DNA from: the human T2T-CHM13v2.0 reference genome, Homo sapiens
Direction: 5' to 3' (one strand)
Length of the DNA: 64,000 nucleotides
Assembly (NCBI RefSeq): GCF_009914755.1
Contig: NC_060936.1
Shown one piece after another: positions 31,831 through 62,249 of the stretch (its first letter is position 1; every line of letters starts with the position of its first letter). The position numbers and the translations under genes were made by a program. The notes beneath the pieces were generated by a model. The model did not search any database and was not told the DNA's origin. It saw only the letters and a program-made list of their open reading frames with translations.

Positions 31831-33412
31831 CTAGACCCTGGCGTGGTTTCTTCCTTCTCTCCTTGGTTGGCTTCTGGGTCTGTTTGACCGTCTGTCATCT
31901 GTTACACGTGTAGTCATGGAGGTGTGGCAGGGACAGGTGGGCAGCACTGGGCCTCCCTGTCCTGGGCCCCCAGCCCTCCGACAGCAGCCACTGGACTCCC
32001 CTTCCCCGTCTCCACGCCTCCTGCGGTCACCGCACACCCCTTCTTCCCAGGCCGTCAGCTCCCCGTGGGCATGTGTCCCTGCCGGCACCCATGCTGCAAC
32101 TGCCGGACAGGCCCTCCCTGCGGCAGTGGTGCACAGCAGGGGAGCAGCCCAGCCCCGCCTCACCATGCTGAGCACCGCATGTTGCCTTGAGCGCCGGCTG
32201 CTTGCTCCTGGCGCCTTTCCTGACGTGCAGATGCCCGGGACTCCACTGCAGGCTTCGGCCCCCCAGTGGAAACACAATTTGTGTGTAGCTGAGGGTCCGG
32301 CCACCTGGAGTTGGGGCTCGTAAGGTCCTTACACCAGAAATGAGGATTTGCTGCTTGTCTGCTGTAGGCAGGTCACAGTGACACTTTTGTCCCCACAGGA
32401 AGGACACTCCCTGGCGTTCACTTAAACGCCTGCTGTGCCGAGGTCAAGTTCCATTGTCAGTTCTGCCAATTTACCAAAACCCAGAAATTGAATTACGGTT
32501 TTTCCTCCTTATGGCGCTTGGGGTCCAGACGCTGCCTGCCCGCGAAGGCCAGTGTGGGTGAGGCAGGTGGGCAAGCTGGGGCAGGTGGGTGGGTGGGGCC
32601 AGGCACACACACAGGCACAGGCCCCACAGCTGCCCACAACCACTCAGAAATGCTACAGGCCCTGGATGAGGCAGAGGGCAAAGTCGTGTGGCCTGCACCC
32701 TGCACAGCCAGGCTCCTCTGCCACCCCCACCCCCACGGTACCATATACCTGGTTCCTCTCACAACCAGTGGCCAACTTCATGTAGCACTCTATGCATCTC
32801 CCGATGCGTTGGTTTCTGAGATGACATCACTCAGGGTCCCCCCGCCCACGGCTTGCAGTAGCCATCCATCCCACAAATGCTCATCGGCCCCTCCGCACCT
32901 GGACGTGAAGCCGTCTCCAGGAAGACACTGGCTTCCTCCCGCAGCAGCGCACTGCGGTTCAGTGCAGGGCTCCCCAGTGGCTGCTCCGGGTCGCAGGTGG
33001 CCTTTGCTGCCGGGTCAGTGCTGTGGTGACCGTCCTCGGGCAGATGCTGCCCACATCCTCCTGGTGCAGCGTCTGCAAACATTTTTATCTTTGCTAAATC
33101 AGAAAGATGGAAAGGTCTTGATTTTTATTGCATTTCTTCAGTGATGAGTCAAATGGCACAGTTTCCCTTCTGTTTCAAAATGGCGTTTACATTGCTTTGT
33201 GAACTCAACCATGTCCATTCCTGTGTGTGGCGATGGAGTTCTTTTTCAATCATAACAACTCTCTACATGTTAGGGGACTTAGCCTTCTCGTATTAGTTAT
33301 TTTGTAAATGTTTGCCCCAATTTGTCATCGCTGTTTTGACTTGAAGGTTTTTTTACATGGAAAAGTTTTTGTACGTATGTAGTCTTTTTTTTTTTTTTTT
33401 TTTTTTTTGCCA

Positions 33413-33525
33413 AAAGCCTCGAGCACCTGATACTCCCAGTTGGTCTCCCATCCAAGTACTAACCAGGCCCAACCCTGCTTAGCCTCCACAATCAGATGCA
33501 ACCGGGCCCGTTCAGGCATGGCTGT
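33413..33525 (-). pseudogene. 5S rRNA retropseudogene with poly(A) tail (T-run 33385-33408)
   Basis: Reverse complement aligns to 5S rRNA, including the exact stretch ggtctcccatccaagtactaaccaggccc; many substitutions elsewhere. Confidence 0.92.
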
Positions 33526-33762
33526 TCGTGTTTGCCGTGGCCCGTGTTTGCCGTGGCTGTTCATGTTTGCCGTGGCTCGTGTTTGCCGTGGCTCGTGTTT
33601 GCTGTGGCCTGTGTTTGCCGTGGCTGTTCGTGTTTGCCATGGCTGTTCATGTTTGCTGTGGCTCATGTTTGCCGTGGCTCGTGTTTGCCGTGGCTCATGT
33701 TTGCCATGGCTCGTCTTTGCCGTGGCCCGTGTTTGCCGTGGCTGTTCGTGCTTGCCATGGCT
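33518..33762. repeat. 16/19-bp minisatellite (GTTTGCCGTGGCTCGT / GTTTGCCGTGGCTGTTCGT), about 14 copies
   Basis: Read directly from the sequence. Confidence 0.92.
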
Positions 33763-34331
33763 TCTGGGCACTGCTCCTGAGGTGGGCTCTGTGTGTGCAG
33801 AGGTGACCTTGCTTTGCCTCAGGTTTGCGCCTCCAAGTTTTACACACCCTCCTTGTTTGCTGGGTCGTTTTCCACTGTAAAGGGTCGGGGATCATGAGCC
33901 AGAAATCTGCATCTTGATGCAGGGAGATCGTTACGTGGGACCGGACGTCAGCAGGATCGTGGTTCTACCCGTGCACCGCCAAGTGGACGTTTATGCCGGC
34001 GGCAGCTAGGATCGTCGGAGAGGGCAACACAGACTTGGCCAGCGTCTGGAACATCGGGGAATCCTGAGGGACCTACCACGCCCTGATATAGTGATGTTTT
34101 TGTTTGGTGCGTTGGTGCTGGAAGGGCTGGGGCACTTCCCTGGTAGAAGGGAGCAGGCATCAGTGCCTGGAGCAAGGAAGACTACGAAGACTACCCACCC
34201 AGCCCTCTAACCACTCGTCTCCAGAGTTGCCATTCATGATGGCCAGTGTCCCCCGGAAATGAGTACAGTGGTGTCACACTCTGCACAGACCCCCTGGTAA
34301 AGTCAACAGCACACATGCACTCTAAATACTG

Positions 34332-40841
<6,510 letters not shown>

Positions 40842-40859
40842 TCAACCCAGACAGAACCC

Positions 40860-41316
40860 TCTCGGGGTGAAGCTTGCGCCCCGCTGGGACCCGGAAGCAG
40901 AAGGAACAGAAGGAACAGAAGGCCGTGCGGGCGGGGTGTGAGGCAGGCGGGGGACGACCCGCCCTGAGCTGCGCTCCCCGCCCGGGCCTCTTCCGCCTCC
41001 GTTTCCTCAGCTGCCGGCAGCTGCCCGGAGAACCAGGCGCCTCCCAGTTGCTTTCGCCTCCCGCGTTGTTCGGGCAGAGCCTCGGCGCTGCTGCGTTTTG
41101 ACTGGAGATCTGAACGCTGCGTTAGGCCCCTTTCCCGTGAGCAGCAGAAGCCAGTTCTCCTGCCTTAACCACGGGAATCACCGCCAGGCAGCGGGCGGTT
41201 CCCTGGAGGGCAGGGAGGGCTGGGGCCCCGGCCGCTCCAGAGGGTCCCAGGGCAGGAGGGACGCGTCGACGCCCATCCCAGCACAGGTGCGGCACGGGGC
41301 CCAGGCTGCCTCCGCC

Positions 41317-41320
<4 letters not shown>
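40860..41320. promoter_or_regulatory. Small intergenic (orphan) CpG-rich element
   Basis: Unique CpG-dense sequence with GC boxes (gcggggtg, ccccgcccc) and ETS-like ccggaag at ~40891. Confidence 0.5.
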
Positions 41321-42719
<1,399 letters not shown>

Positions 42720-43040
42720 CAACTCCTTTCAGAATCCAAATTGCAGGGAATTGGGCTTTCACTGAGCACAATACGGCCGCTCTTCCCCTGGCTGAAAGCA
42801 GCCAGCACCCTGGTGTACCTCGTGGGGCCAGGTCAGCCCCCAAGAAGGTGTTCCCACAAGAAGGTGCACAGGGGCGGTGTCCTGGAGGGCCAGCCGTTCT
42901 ACCCACTCCATAAACACCAGCGTCAGGGATTGCACACCTGCTGCGCCAGGCTGGGTTCCAGCCCCGGACTGAGAGCCCGAGCGGGTGGTGGAATGCGGCT
43001 TTTCACCATGTGAAAAGTTGCTTTAATTACAAGTTCATTA

Positions 43041-43910
<870 letters not shown>

Positions 43911-44337
43911 TCAGAGAGCTCTCAGAATGTGCTTTGGGGAGAGTAGGGTGGGGAGGCTGGAAGCAGAGAGGCCCGAGTCAAGTCCACAGCAAGGGGGGCC
44001 TGGGCAAGAGTGCACAGAGCAGCGGGAGGCCCCAGAGGGACTCAGGAAGCTGCTTCCTGGGCTCCACAGTTGGGATGAGGGAGAGCAAGAGAGAGGGACA
44101 AAGAGACTCCCAGGGTGACGGATAAGCAAGGGGAGAGGTTAGCATGGTCCATGTGGTGATGGAGGAGGGCTGGAGACGTCAGTGTGAACTCACGTGCAGC
44201 TGAACATAGCTACAGGTGGTTGCATAGGAAAATATCTGTGTATGAGTATGTGCAGGGCTTAGTACACACACATTTCTTTCAGCTGACCAGTGAGGCCCAA
44301 GCAGCAACGAACACACCTAGTGCCGAGATCTTGATTT

Positions 44338-45450
<1,113 letters not shown>

Positions 45451-45454
45451 TAAA

Positions 45455-45471
45455 TGGTGTCAGAAGTGGGA
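45455..45471 (+). other. Retroviral primer-binding site, tRNA-Leu type
   Basis: TGGTGTCAGAAGTGGGA a few nt after the LTR end; complementary to the 3' end of tRNA-Leu (...TCCCACTTCTGACACCA). Confidence 0.82.
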
Positions 45472-46428
45472 CCTGAAAAGCGGTCACTGTTGGAAGGAAG
45501 CCGTGGCTCTCAGAACTGGCGATTCCCACCTGAGCTCTTCACTTCTGCCTCTTGCCTTTTCTGCCCTGCTGAATCTTCTCTCAGGCCAGGCCTCCCTCTT
45601 TTTAGGTAGAAGCTCTCCACTGTATTCCAGATTTGGTTTGGTTATAAGATTGCCTTAATAAACGCCCTTACATTCCTCCTAGGATCAAAAAAGAAAGACA
45701 AGTGTCTTTTTGGTTTCTAGAGAACTCAGATTCCATCTGCGAGATGCGAGGTGCCAGGTGCGAGGTGCGAGGTCTTCTCTGGTAAATTCACTTTTGGTCA
45801 CTGCTCCTAGCTGAATATTTCATTTGATCTACATGCCTGGGTCAAAATTTTTTGCAAATCCTGATTATAGTTTGGTTAAATGCATGATTTGGCCATTTTC
45901 CCTTCTTTGTTTCTAAAAATCTTCCAAGAACAAAAATAAACATTCTAAATGGTGGGCACAGGGTGGCTAATTAAAAACAACTGGGTTCCACGTTGAATTC
46001 ATAACTGGAAAAAATACATACTAGAAGATACAAAGAAAAAACTTTTTTAAAGCTGCTGGGCCAGTCACCACCATCTAAAACATTGGTCAAACTCCAAACA
46101 TTCTCTGACAGGATTTACAGAATTTTCTTTGCTCTAAAGATATTAATAAGAAACGGAATGGGATTCTTAAATATGAAGACATGCCAAGTTTTCTGGGACT
46201 CCCGACACCTACATATTATAGCCCATTCTCATGCATATTTTTTTAACTGGTGGACAAATTACATCAAGAAAAATTAAGAGCTCAAATTATCATTATTCAA
46301 ACAGTCTCTTCAAAAAACAAGCCTTCAACTATAGGGCTAATGTGGAGAGCCTTCTAAGTTCTCTATTTTTTTTTTTTCTGCTTACTTTGAATCTGCTGAC
46401 TTTTCTAATGGGGTTGAGATAAAACTCA

Positions 46429-46782
<354 letters not shown>

Positions 46783-46921
46783 TTACATCCACGTAACCTT
46801 TTTAAAAAAACTCTTTTTTTTTTTCTTTGAGACAAGGTCTGGCTCTATTGCCCAGGCTGGAGTGTGGTGGAGTTTAGGACAGTCACAAGGTGGCATCTGC
46901 ACAACCTTGTAAATGTCCTAA

Positions 46922-47289
<368 letters not shown>

Positions 47290-47291
47290 TA

Positions 47292-47397
47292 AAAAATATG
47301 GAAGTCTTCACGAATTTGTATGTCATCCTTGCGCAAGGGCCCTGCTGACTCCTCTGTGTCACTCCAATTTTAGTGTCTGTGCTGCCCCAGCCAGTGC
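47292..47397 (-). pseudogene. Full-length degenerate U6 snRNA retropseudogene
   Basis: aaaatatggaa..cttcacgaatttg..tgtcatccttgcgca..ggcc..tgct..tccaattttagt..tgtgctgcc matches the U6 reverse complement; the ACAGAGA box is mutated; AT-rich tail on the left. Confidence 0.92.
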
Positions 47398-47749
47398 TGT
47401 GTAACTATCTCTGTCTTGCTTTCAAAGTCTTTTGATTATCACTTCAGTGAAATAAACGACTGTTATTTCAGAGTGACCTATGATCACGTTTCGTTCAATT
47501 GTTTTAAACCTTTTGACATCTTTAGCAGCTTCTCCAAGAACAAAATTCTAAATTAAGTTTTTCTGACCTAGGCTTAACTTTGGAATTTTCTAGCTGGGCC
47601 CCAGGAGAACCTTAAAAACTTATCTCTCATTTTGTAGAGGCATTAAATTATTAGGCTTATTTAGTAAATTATGTGAGAGACATTATCAAATAATAAATTA
47701 TATTAGGCATTCTTTCAGTTACATTTATGTTATTAATACAAATGTTTCA

Positions 47750-47923
<174 letters not shown>

Positions 47924-48189
47924 TCAGGAGGCTGAGGCAGGAGAATCACTTTAACCCAGGAGGCGGAGGTTGCAGTGAGCCGAGATTGCGCCACTGCATT
48001 CCAGACTGAGCGACAGAGCGAGACTCCATCTCAAAAAAATAAATAAATAAATAATGTTTAAAAATTGTATAAAACTTAAAATCTAATATCATTAGTCATA
48101 ATTTTAGCTGTTATAGTAAATCTTCTTTAAAGTTATATCTATGTAAATGTATTAATGTGAATATCCTATAGACTATGTACAGCTGATCA

Positions 48190-48591
<402 letters not shown>

Positions 48592-48593
48592 TC

Positions 48594-48628
<35 letters not shown>

Positions 48629-49949
48629 CCTGCAACAAAAACGAAATGACTCAAGAAATTACAACTGGCAGAGAACAAAGAGGGTGGAGAAGTGGATATT
48701 TCACAGAAGTCACACAAGGCCAGGCTCACTGTAGAAACATGGAAAAATACAGTATCTGAAGCCAAACTAACCAGGAGCATGTCCTAGCAACAGCACTCAC
48801 TACCTACAAAACTGTGGGCATGGCGCTTTTGTTATCATTCTGTGATAAAAACCTCAGTGAGGTCAGGCACAGTGGCTCACAACTGTAATTCCACTGCTTA
48901 GGAAGGCCCAGGTGGGAGGATGGCTCAAAGCTAAGAATTCGAGACCAGCCTGGGCCACAGAGCAAGATCCCAACTCTAAAAATCAAATTAAATTTAAAAT
49001 TTAAAGAAACAAAACAAAACAAAACTTGGCCAGGCATGATGGCTCACACCAGTAATCCTAGCATTTTGTGAGGCTGAGGTAGGTGGATAGCTTGAACTCA
49101 GGAGTTTGAGACCAGCCTGGACAACATGGCAAAACTCCATCTCTATAAAATTAAAAAAAAAAAAAAAAGAGCAGGATGTGGTGGTGTGTGTCTGTAGTCC
49201 CAGCTCCTTGGGAGGCTGAGGTAGGAGGATCACCTGGGCGACAGAGCGAGACCCCACCTCAAAAAGAAAAAAAACTTAAACGAGCTGTTGGGTAAAACTT
49301 TCAGTGTAATGGAAGGAAGACACGCCAGGCCGGAAATCAGAATGCTTTCCGGGCACTCCACTCATCCTGGCGTGGGGCTCAGGCTTGGCTCTGCCGCAGT
49401 CCACACCATCTCCCCAACACAGAACTACGGCAGCCCCCGACCCGAAGCCAGCAAAGCCCCTCAACCGGAGCTCCCTTCACAGGCGCAGGTGGTGGGAGTT
49501 CACCGTCCGCTCATCATCCCAACAGTCTGAGGACGGCGCAGCAGCCTGGGCTCCCATGGGAGGTGCAGTGAGGGAAAGCACACTCGCCCAGGCTCCCCCA
49601 GTCGTGGTGACAGAAATCCAAGCATGGGGCCATTTAAAAGAGTAGTCGTGACAGCTTAGGAAGGAGCGACTGAAGCTTTCTTTGTTTTCTCTCTGGCGAT
49701 ATCTTTAGGGGCGTCTCCAAGTTTCTTGCTGAAGACATCCACAGGTCTTAACGAGGCTGGTCCACCGCGGTCTTGTGATTCGAGGCACAGTAAGTGGCCC
49801 CTTACTTTTCTTCTCTACTTGACTTTTCTGGATTCGAAAGAGCGTTTGTCAAACCTACAAAAAGATGACGACTGATGGTTTTTACAAGGTGTGAACCATG
49901 AAGAGTGATCCCATGCCACCCAGGATGGGGTTGAACATTGACATTGCTA

Positions 49950-50652
<703 letters not shown>

Positions 50653-51066
50653 CCTACATTCTTCTGGATTCATCGAATCTAACTTTCTTCCATAGAATTA
50701 CTAAAAATGGAAACTTCTCTGTTCCTGAAGTCCTATCAGCTAAAACTAGATGAATTCTCCAAAAGAAGCCTTGCGTCTGATGTGTGGGCCACACAAAAGT
50801 TCACTGTACCTCCCAATGCCATAGTCAGAGACATTCGAACTGCAAACCAGGTCGCGAATAGGACGTTTCATGCTGTAGACGGCTTTCCCTAGACGCCGGC
50901 GAACAGGACTCCTGTCATGATGACGCTCTTACCCATCTCAGTGCCCACCTCTCCCACGGGGCAGGACGGTGGTGTCGCTGAACTTCCACGATCCGCGGCT
51001 TCTGCTGGAACTCCACAGAACCTGACCCAGGAGATCCCTTAGTCTCTTCTGGTTAAGTAAGGAAAT

Positions 51067-51157
51067 GCCTGTGCTGTTGCTGCCACCACACGCTGCACCT
51101 GGAGAAACTCCTCTGGGAAAGCTGAGACCCACATGCACAAAATAAGAAAACAGGCCA
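51067..51157 (+). pseudogene. ERV env transmembrane-subunit relic
   Basis: Translates ACAVAATTRCTWRNSSGKAETHMHKIRKQA, a degenerate CX6CC motif with downstream helix typical of gamma-type env TM. Confidence 0.65.
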
Positions 51158-51591
51158 CAGGGTCGCAGCCGGTCTCACCCACCGTGAGGTTATCTGATTT
51201 ATTCCCTTGGTTGCCTTTACGGCTGGGTTCGTGACAAAGCCACTGTGCAAACTGGGATTGCCACATTACTATTAATTTTACCTTGTATTTCCCCTTTTGA
51301 AGCTTTGCGTTTGTTCCTTGTTAAATTTTGAAGTACAACTCCTCGCAGGATCATGCTGGCCCAGCGCGTCGAGATGACAGCAAGAGACTCCAAAGCAGAC
51401 AAAACTGAACTCAGTAACGGGCCCCAGGGGGCCTCAGCCCAGGCACCACACCCTCCAAACCTCCCCTATTGCTCAACTGTGGCTAAAAGGGTTTTGACAT
51501 TGACTCCTAGTCACCACCCACCGTAACCCCACCCGGTGTGGGGAAAGACCAGCAACCAGGACATCCCTGGGACATCAAAACCTAAGTTCAG

Positions 51592-53750
<2,159 letters not shown>

Positions 53751-53757
53751 AGTTCTA

Positions 53758-59227
<5,470 letters not shown>

Positions 59228-59386
59228 CAATCCGGGATGTCCTGTGAAAGTCCCCACCTCCTACAGGTGATCCCATCAGTCCGAACCAAGGTCATCTGAA
59301 GCAGGTGTGGAATCACCCTGTTCAGACCGGGCCAGGGAGGCTCTGAGGGCAGCAGGGACAGGATGGGCCAGAGTACCCAGGGAAGC

Positions 59387-59408
59387 GGGGGGGGGGGGGG
59401 GGGGGGGG
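59387..59408. repeat. Poly-G homopolymer (22 G)
   Basis: Read directly from the sequence. Confidence 0.9.
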
Positions 59409-59719
59409 TCGGCCCTCACAGGAGGGGAGGGGCACCACTTCCCTGAGACCAGTTCTGGTAAAAGGGGCCGAGCCTCAGTTTCCCTGTCCGTAGAATGAGA
59501 CCTCAGTCCTGACAGTACCAGCTGCGATTTGGGGTGGTGGAGCAGGAGGGCCTGGGAAGGAGGGGAAGCCATGCTGTCCAGCACGAGGAGAAGCTGAATA
59601 AAGGCAAGGGTTACCCTTGAACCTCACCCCCTGCCCTCTCCCAAGATCTCCCACTCGGTGGGCAGCCTGTACGCAACTTGCACGAGTTCAATCCACACAA
59701 GCGCCTGCTCGGGCTCTGA

Positions 59720-59890
59720 CCCTGGCTCTGCCGCTTGCCCGCTCCAGGACCTCCCATAAGTTACTTCATTTCTTTGGGCCTCAGTTTCTTTGTCTGCGAA
59801 ATGGAAATCATAGTTTTCATCTCATAAATGTTGTAAGTAAATGAAATTATTTATGTAACTCCTGGGCATGTGCCAGGCACACGCTGCGCT
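59720..59890 (+). mobile_element. MIR fragment
   Basis: aagttacttcatttctttgggcctcagtttctttgtctgcgaaatgg core. Confidence 0.65.
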
Positions 59891-60507
59891 CCAACAAACA
59901 TTACAAGTTAACATTCTCGCTCCCAGGCCCGCAGGGACCGCAGAGCCTCCGCCGAGGACCCCAGCACCCCCAACACCCGCCCTCGCCCTCCAGTCCCCCG
60001 CGCCCCCCAAGCCCCACCCTCCCTCTCCCGCGGTCCGCGGGCTCCACCAAGCGCCCACCTGCTGCGCTGCGGCGGCGGCTCCGGGGCCTGAACCCGGGTC
60101 TGAACCCGGGCCTCGGCGCCGTGGGGGGTGGACCCGGGAGCGCGGCCGGAGAGGGGAGTCAGGGTCAGCTCCCCGCAGGCGCCCCGACCCCCGCCTCCGC
60201 GCCCATCCCGCGCGTCCCCGCCGCCCCAAGAGCGTCCTAAGACACCCGGGGAAACGCCTTTCCGGTGATGCCGCGGACCCAGTCCCGTCGCGGACACGGC
60301 GGGGCGGGCCGGGGGTGGCAGCGTCCGAGGCGGCGCGGGCCCTTTAAGGCGGCCGGCCTCGTTAGCATACATTTGCATGGCCCCGCCCCGCCGCTTGAGG
60401 CTGCCGCGCGGGGCTCAGTCCGGCGGGGGCGCCGCGGAGAGCGGAGGGCGCCGGGCTGCGGAACGCGAAGCGGAGGGCGCGGGACCCTGCACGCCGCCCG
60501 CGGGCCC

Positions 60508-60513
60508 ATGTGA
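60508..60513 (+). promoter_or_regulatory. Minimal start-stop uORF (ATG-TGA) in the MMP17 5' UTR
   Basis: cccATGTGAgcgccATG: only 5 nt separate the uORF stop from the main start. Confidence 0.7.
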
Positions 60514-60518
60514 GCGCC

Positions 60519-60686
60519 ATGCGGCGCCGCGCAGCCCGGGGACCCGGCCCGCCGCCCCCAGGGCCCGGACTCTCGCGGCTGCCGCTGCTGCCGCTGCCGC
60601 TGCTGCTGCTGCTGGCGCTGGGGACCCGCGGGGGCTGCGCCGCGCCCGCACCCGCGCCGCGCGCCGAGGACCTCAGCCTGGGAGTG
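60519..60686 (+). CDS. MMP17: MMP17 (MT4-MMP) exon 1 coding part: signal peptide and start of prodomain, 56 codons
   Basis: gccATG; translates MRRRAARGPGPPPPGPGLSRLPLLPLPLLLLLALGTRGGCAAPAPAPRAEDLSLGV; phase-0 donor GTG|gtgagc. Recognised as the human MMP17 N-terminus. Confidence 0.95.
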
Positions 60687-62249
60687 GTGAGCGCGCGGGC
60701 GGGACGGGCGCGGAGCTCCTGGGCCGGAGCCGGGGGTCTCCGCGGGCCGGGTGGCGGGGACCGGGAAGACCCCAGCAGTGCACGTCGGCGTCGCGCGGGA
60801 GCCCTGGCGCCCTGGACCCATTTCCTGGGTGGGGAGACTGAGGCAGGGACGCGGGCTGAGCGACCGGGCGAGCGCACGCGAGTCCTGGGGAGGCGCCGGC
60901 TGCCGTCCCGGCTCCGTGCGCTGGGAGCGCGCCGCAGCCGCAGGAGCCCGTGGAGTTGTGAGGGGGTCGCCCACCCGGAGCCCGGGTCGCCGGCTTGCAG
61001 CAGCCCCGGAGCAGCCGGGCTGGGCGAGAGCAGGCATCGCGGCCGCCCCGAGCTCTGCGCGCTGCGTGCGTTCCGGGTGGGAGTGGCGGGGGCAGGAGCA
61101 CGCACCCACAAAGCGAGGAAGGGCAGGGGCTACGGAGTGGGGGCACCCCGAAAGCCTTGAGCCCCCGAGTTTGCTCGGTTGAGGGTGTTGGGGGCACAGG
61201 GATGCTGGCCCCCAGCTCCCCACTGGACAAGGACCTGGCCCTCAGCCTCCTTCCCCTCCACCCCAGGTCGGCCAGGCTGGCCCTGCCTTGCCCTGGTACA
61301 GTGCTGAGCCGGGGGCGCGGGGAGAGCCTTCCTCACTCCACACCCAGTAGCTGTCCCCAGCTCAGCTTAGAAACCCTGCCTGGGGGCAGCGACGTGGCCT
61401 CTTCCTACAGCCCCCTCCCCTGTTCCGCAGCCGGGACTCGCGTCTCCTGTGGACCCGGAAGATTTAGAGCACACGTCGTGGGGTCAGCGCCCCCCCGCTG
61501 GGGCGGCCGGGTGAACTCCCGCTGGGTTCGTTGGTTCCTTCTGAGGCTCCTGCCCCACCGCTGCCTTCAATGGACTCCTACCCAGGGAGTCGGGCCAGGA
61601 GCCGAGGCCTCCCCGCCCCACACAAGTACTCGGCCTGGCCCTCGTCCGCGGACAGTCTCCCAGTGGGGTCCTGGCAGGGCCCCTCGCCCAGCGCAGTGGA
61701 CATTCAGGAGCTCCAAAACCTTGGGGTCCAAGCAAGTCAGCGCAGGTGTATTTCAGGCAGTCGAGGCATATGGAGGGGCCACTTGGGTGGCACCCGCAGC
61801 CCCTGTGGTTGGCAGGACTTGGCCAGGGGGTCTGGATGGGAAGCCGATTTGGCCACCGTTTGCCCCAGGCCCCGAAGCCATCTGGGAGGGTGCTGGCCAC
61901 TGTCCCTGCTGCCCGCGTCCAGGTGCCTGCAGGTCCCCACAGTGGCTTCCTTCCAGCCAGGCAGCCTGTGAACTTGGGGTGCCCCCCTCCACCTCCTCAA
62001 GACCCTTTTGTAGGTGCGGATCTCCCGGATCCCCCACTGAGAATCACGCCCTGGGGGCCTGGGGTCTCCAGCTGTGGAGGGAGGTGAACCCAGGCCCGCC
62101 TTCCAGGTCCGAGGGTGCCGCAGAAGGGGCCGGGGCAATGCCAGGGAAGGACTCAAGGTGGGGCCCACACACTCAGGAGGATGGACCCCCGGCCGAGCCA
62201 TGTTGGCTGATCAGACCCAGTGCGGTTTGGAAGTTTCTCGCCACCCACC

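Larger units (their letters stand above)
59870..61520. promoter_or_regulatory. MMP17: MMP17 CpG-island promoter and first exon region
   Basis: Very high GC and CpG density; GC boxes (ggggcggg ~60301, ccccgcccc ~60381); TTTAA at ~60344; octamer ATTTGCAT at 60371-60378. Confidence 0.9.

Noticed and set aside
33325-33895. Repetitive ORFs over the 5S copy and VNTR, or a functional 5S gene
   Set aside because: The ORFs are repeat translations. The 5S copy is polyadenylated, diverged and damaged at its 5' end.
47292-47397. Functional U6 snRNA gene
   Set aside because: Many substitutions including the ACAGAGA box, no upstream PSE/TATA evident, and inserted within an ERV.
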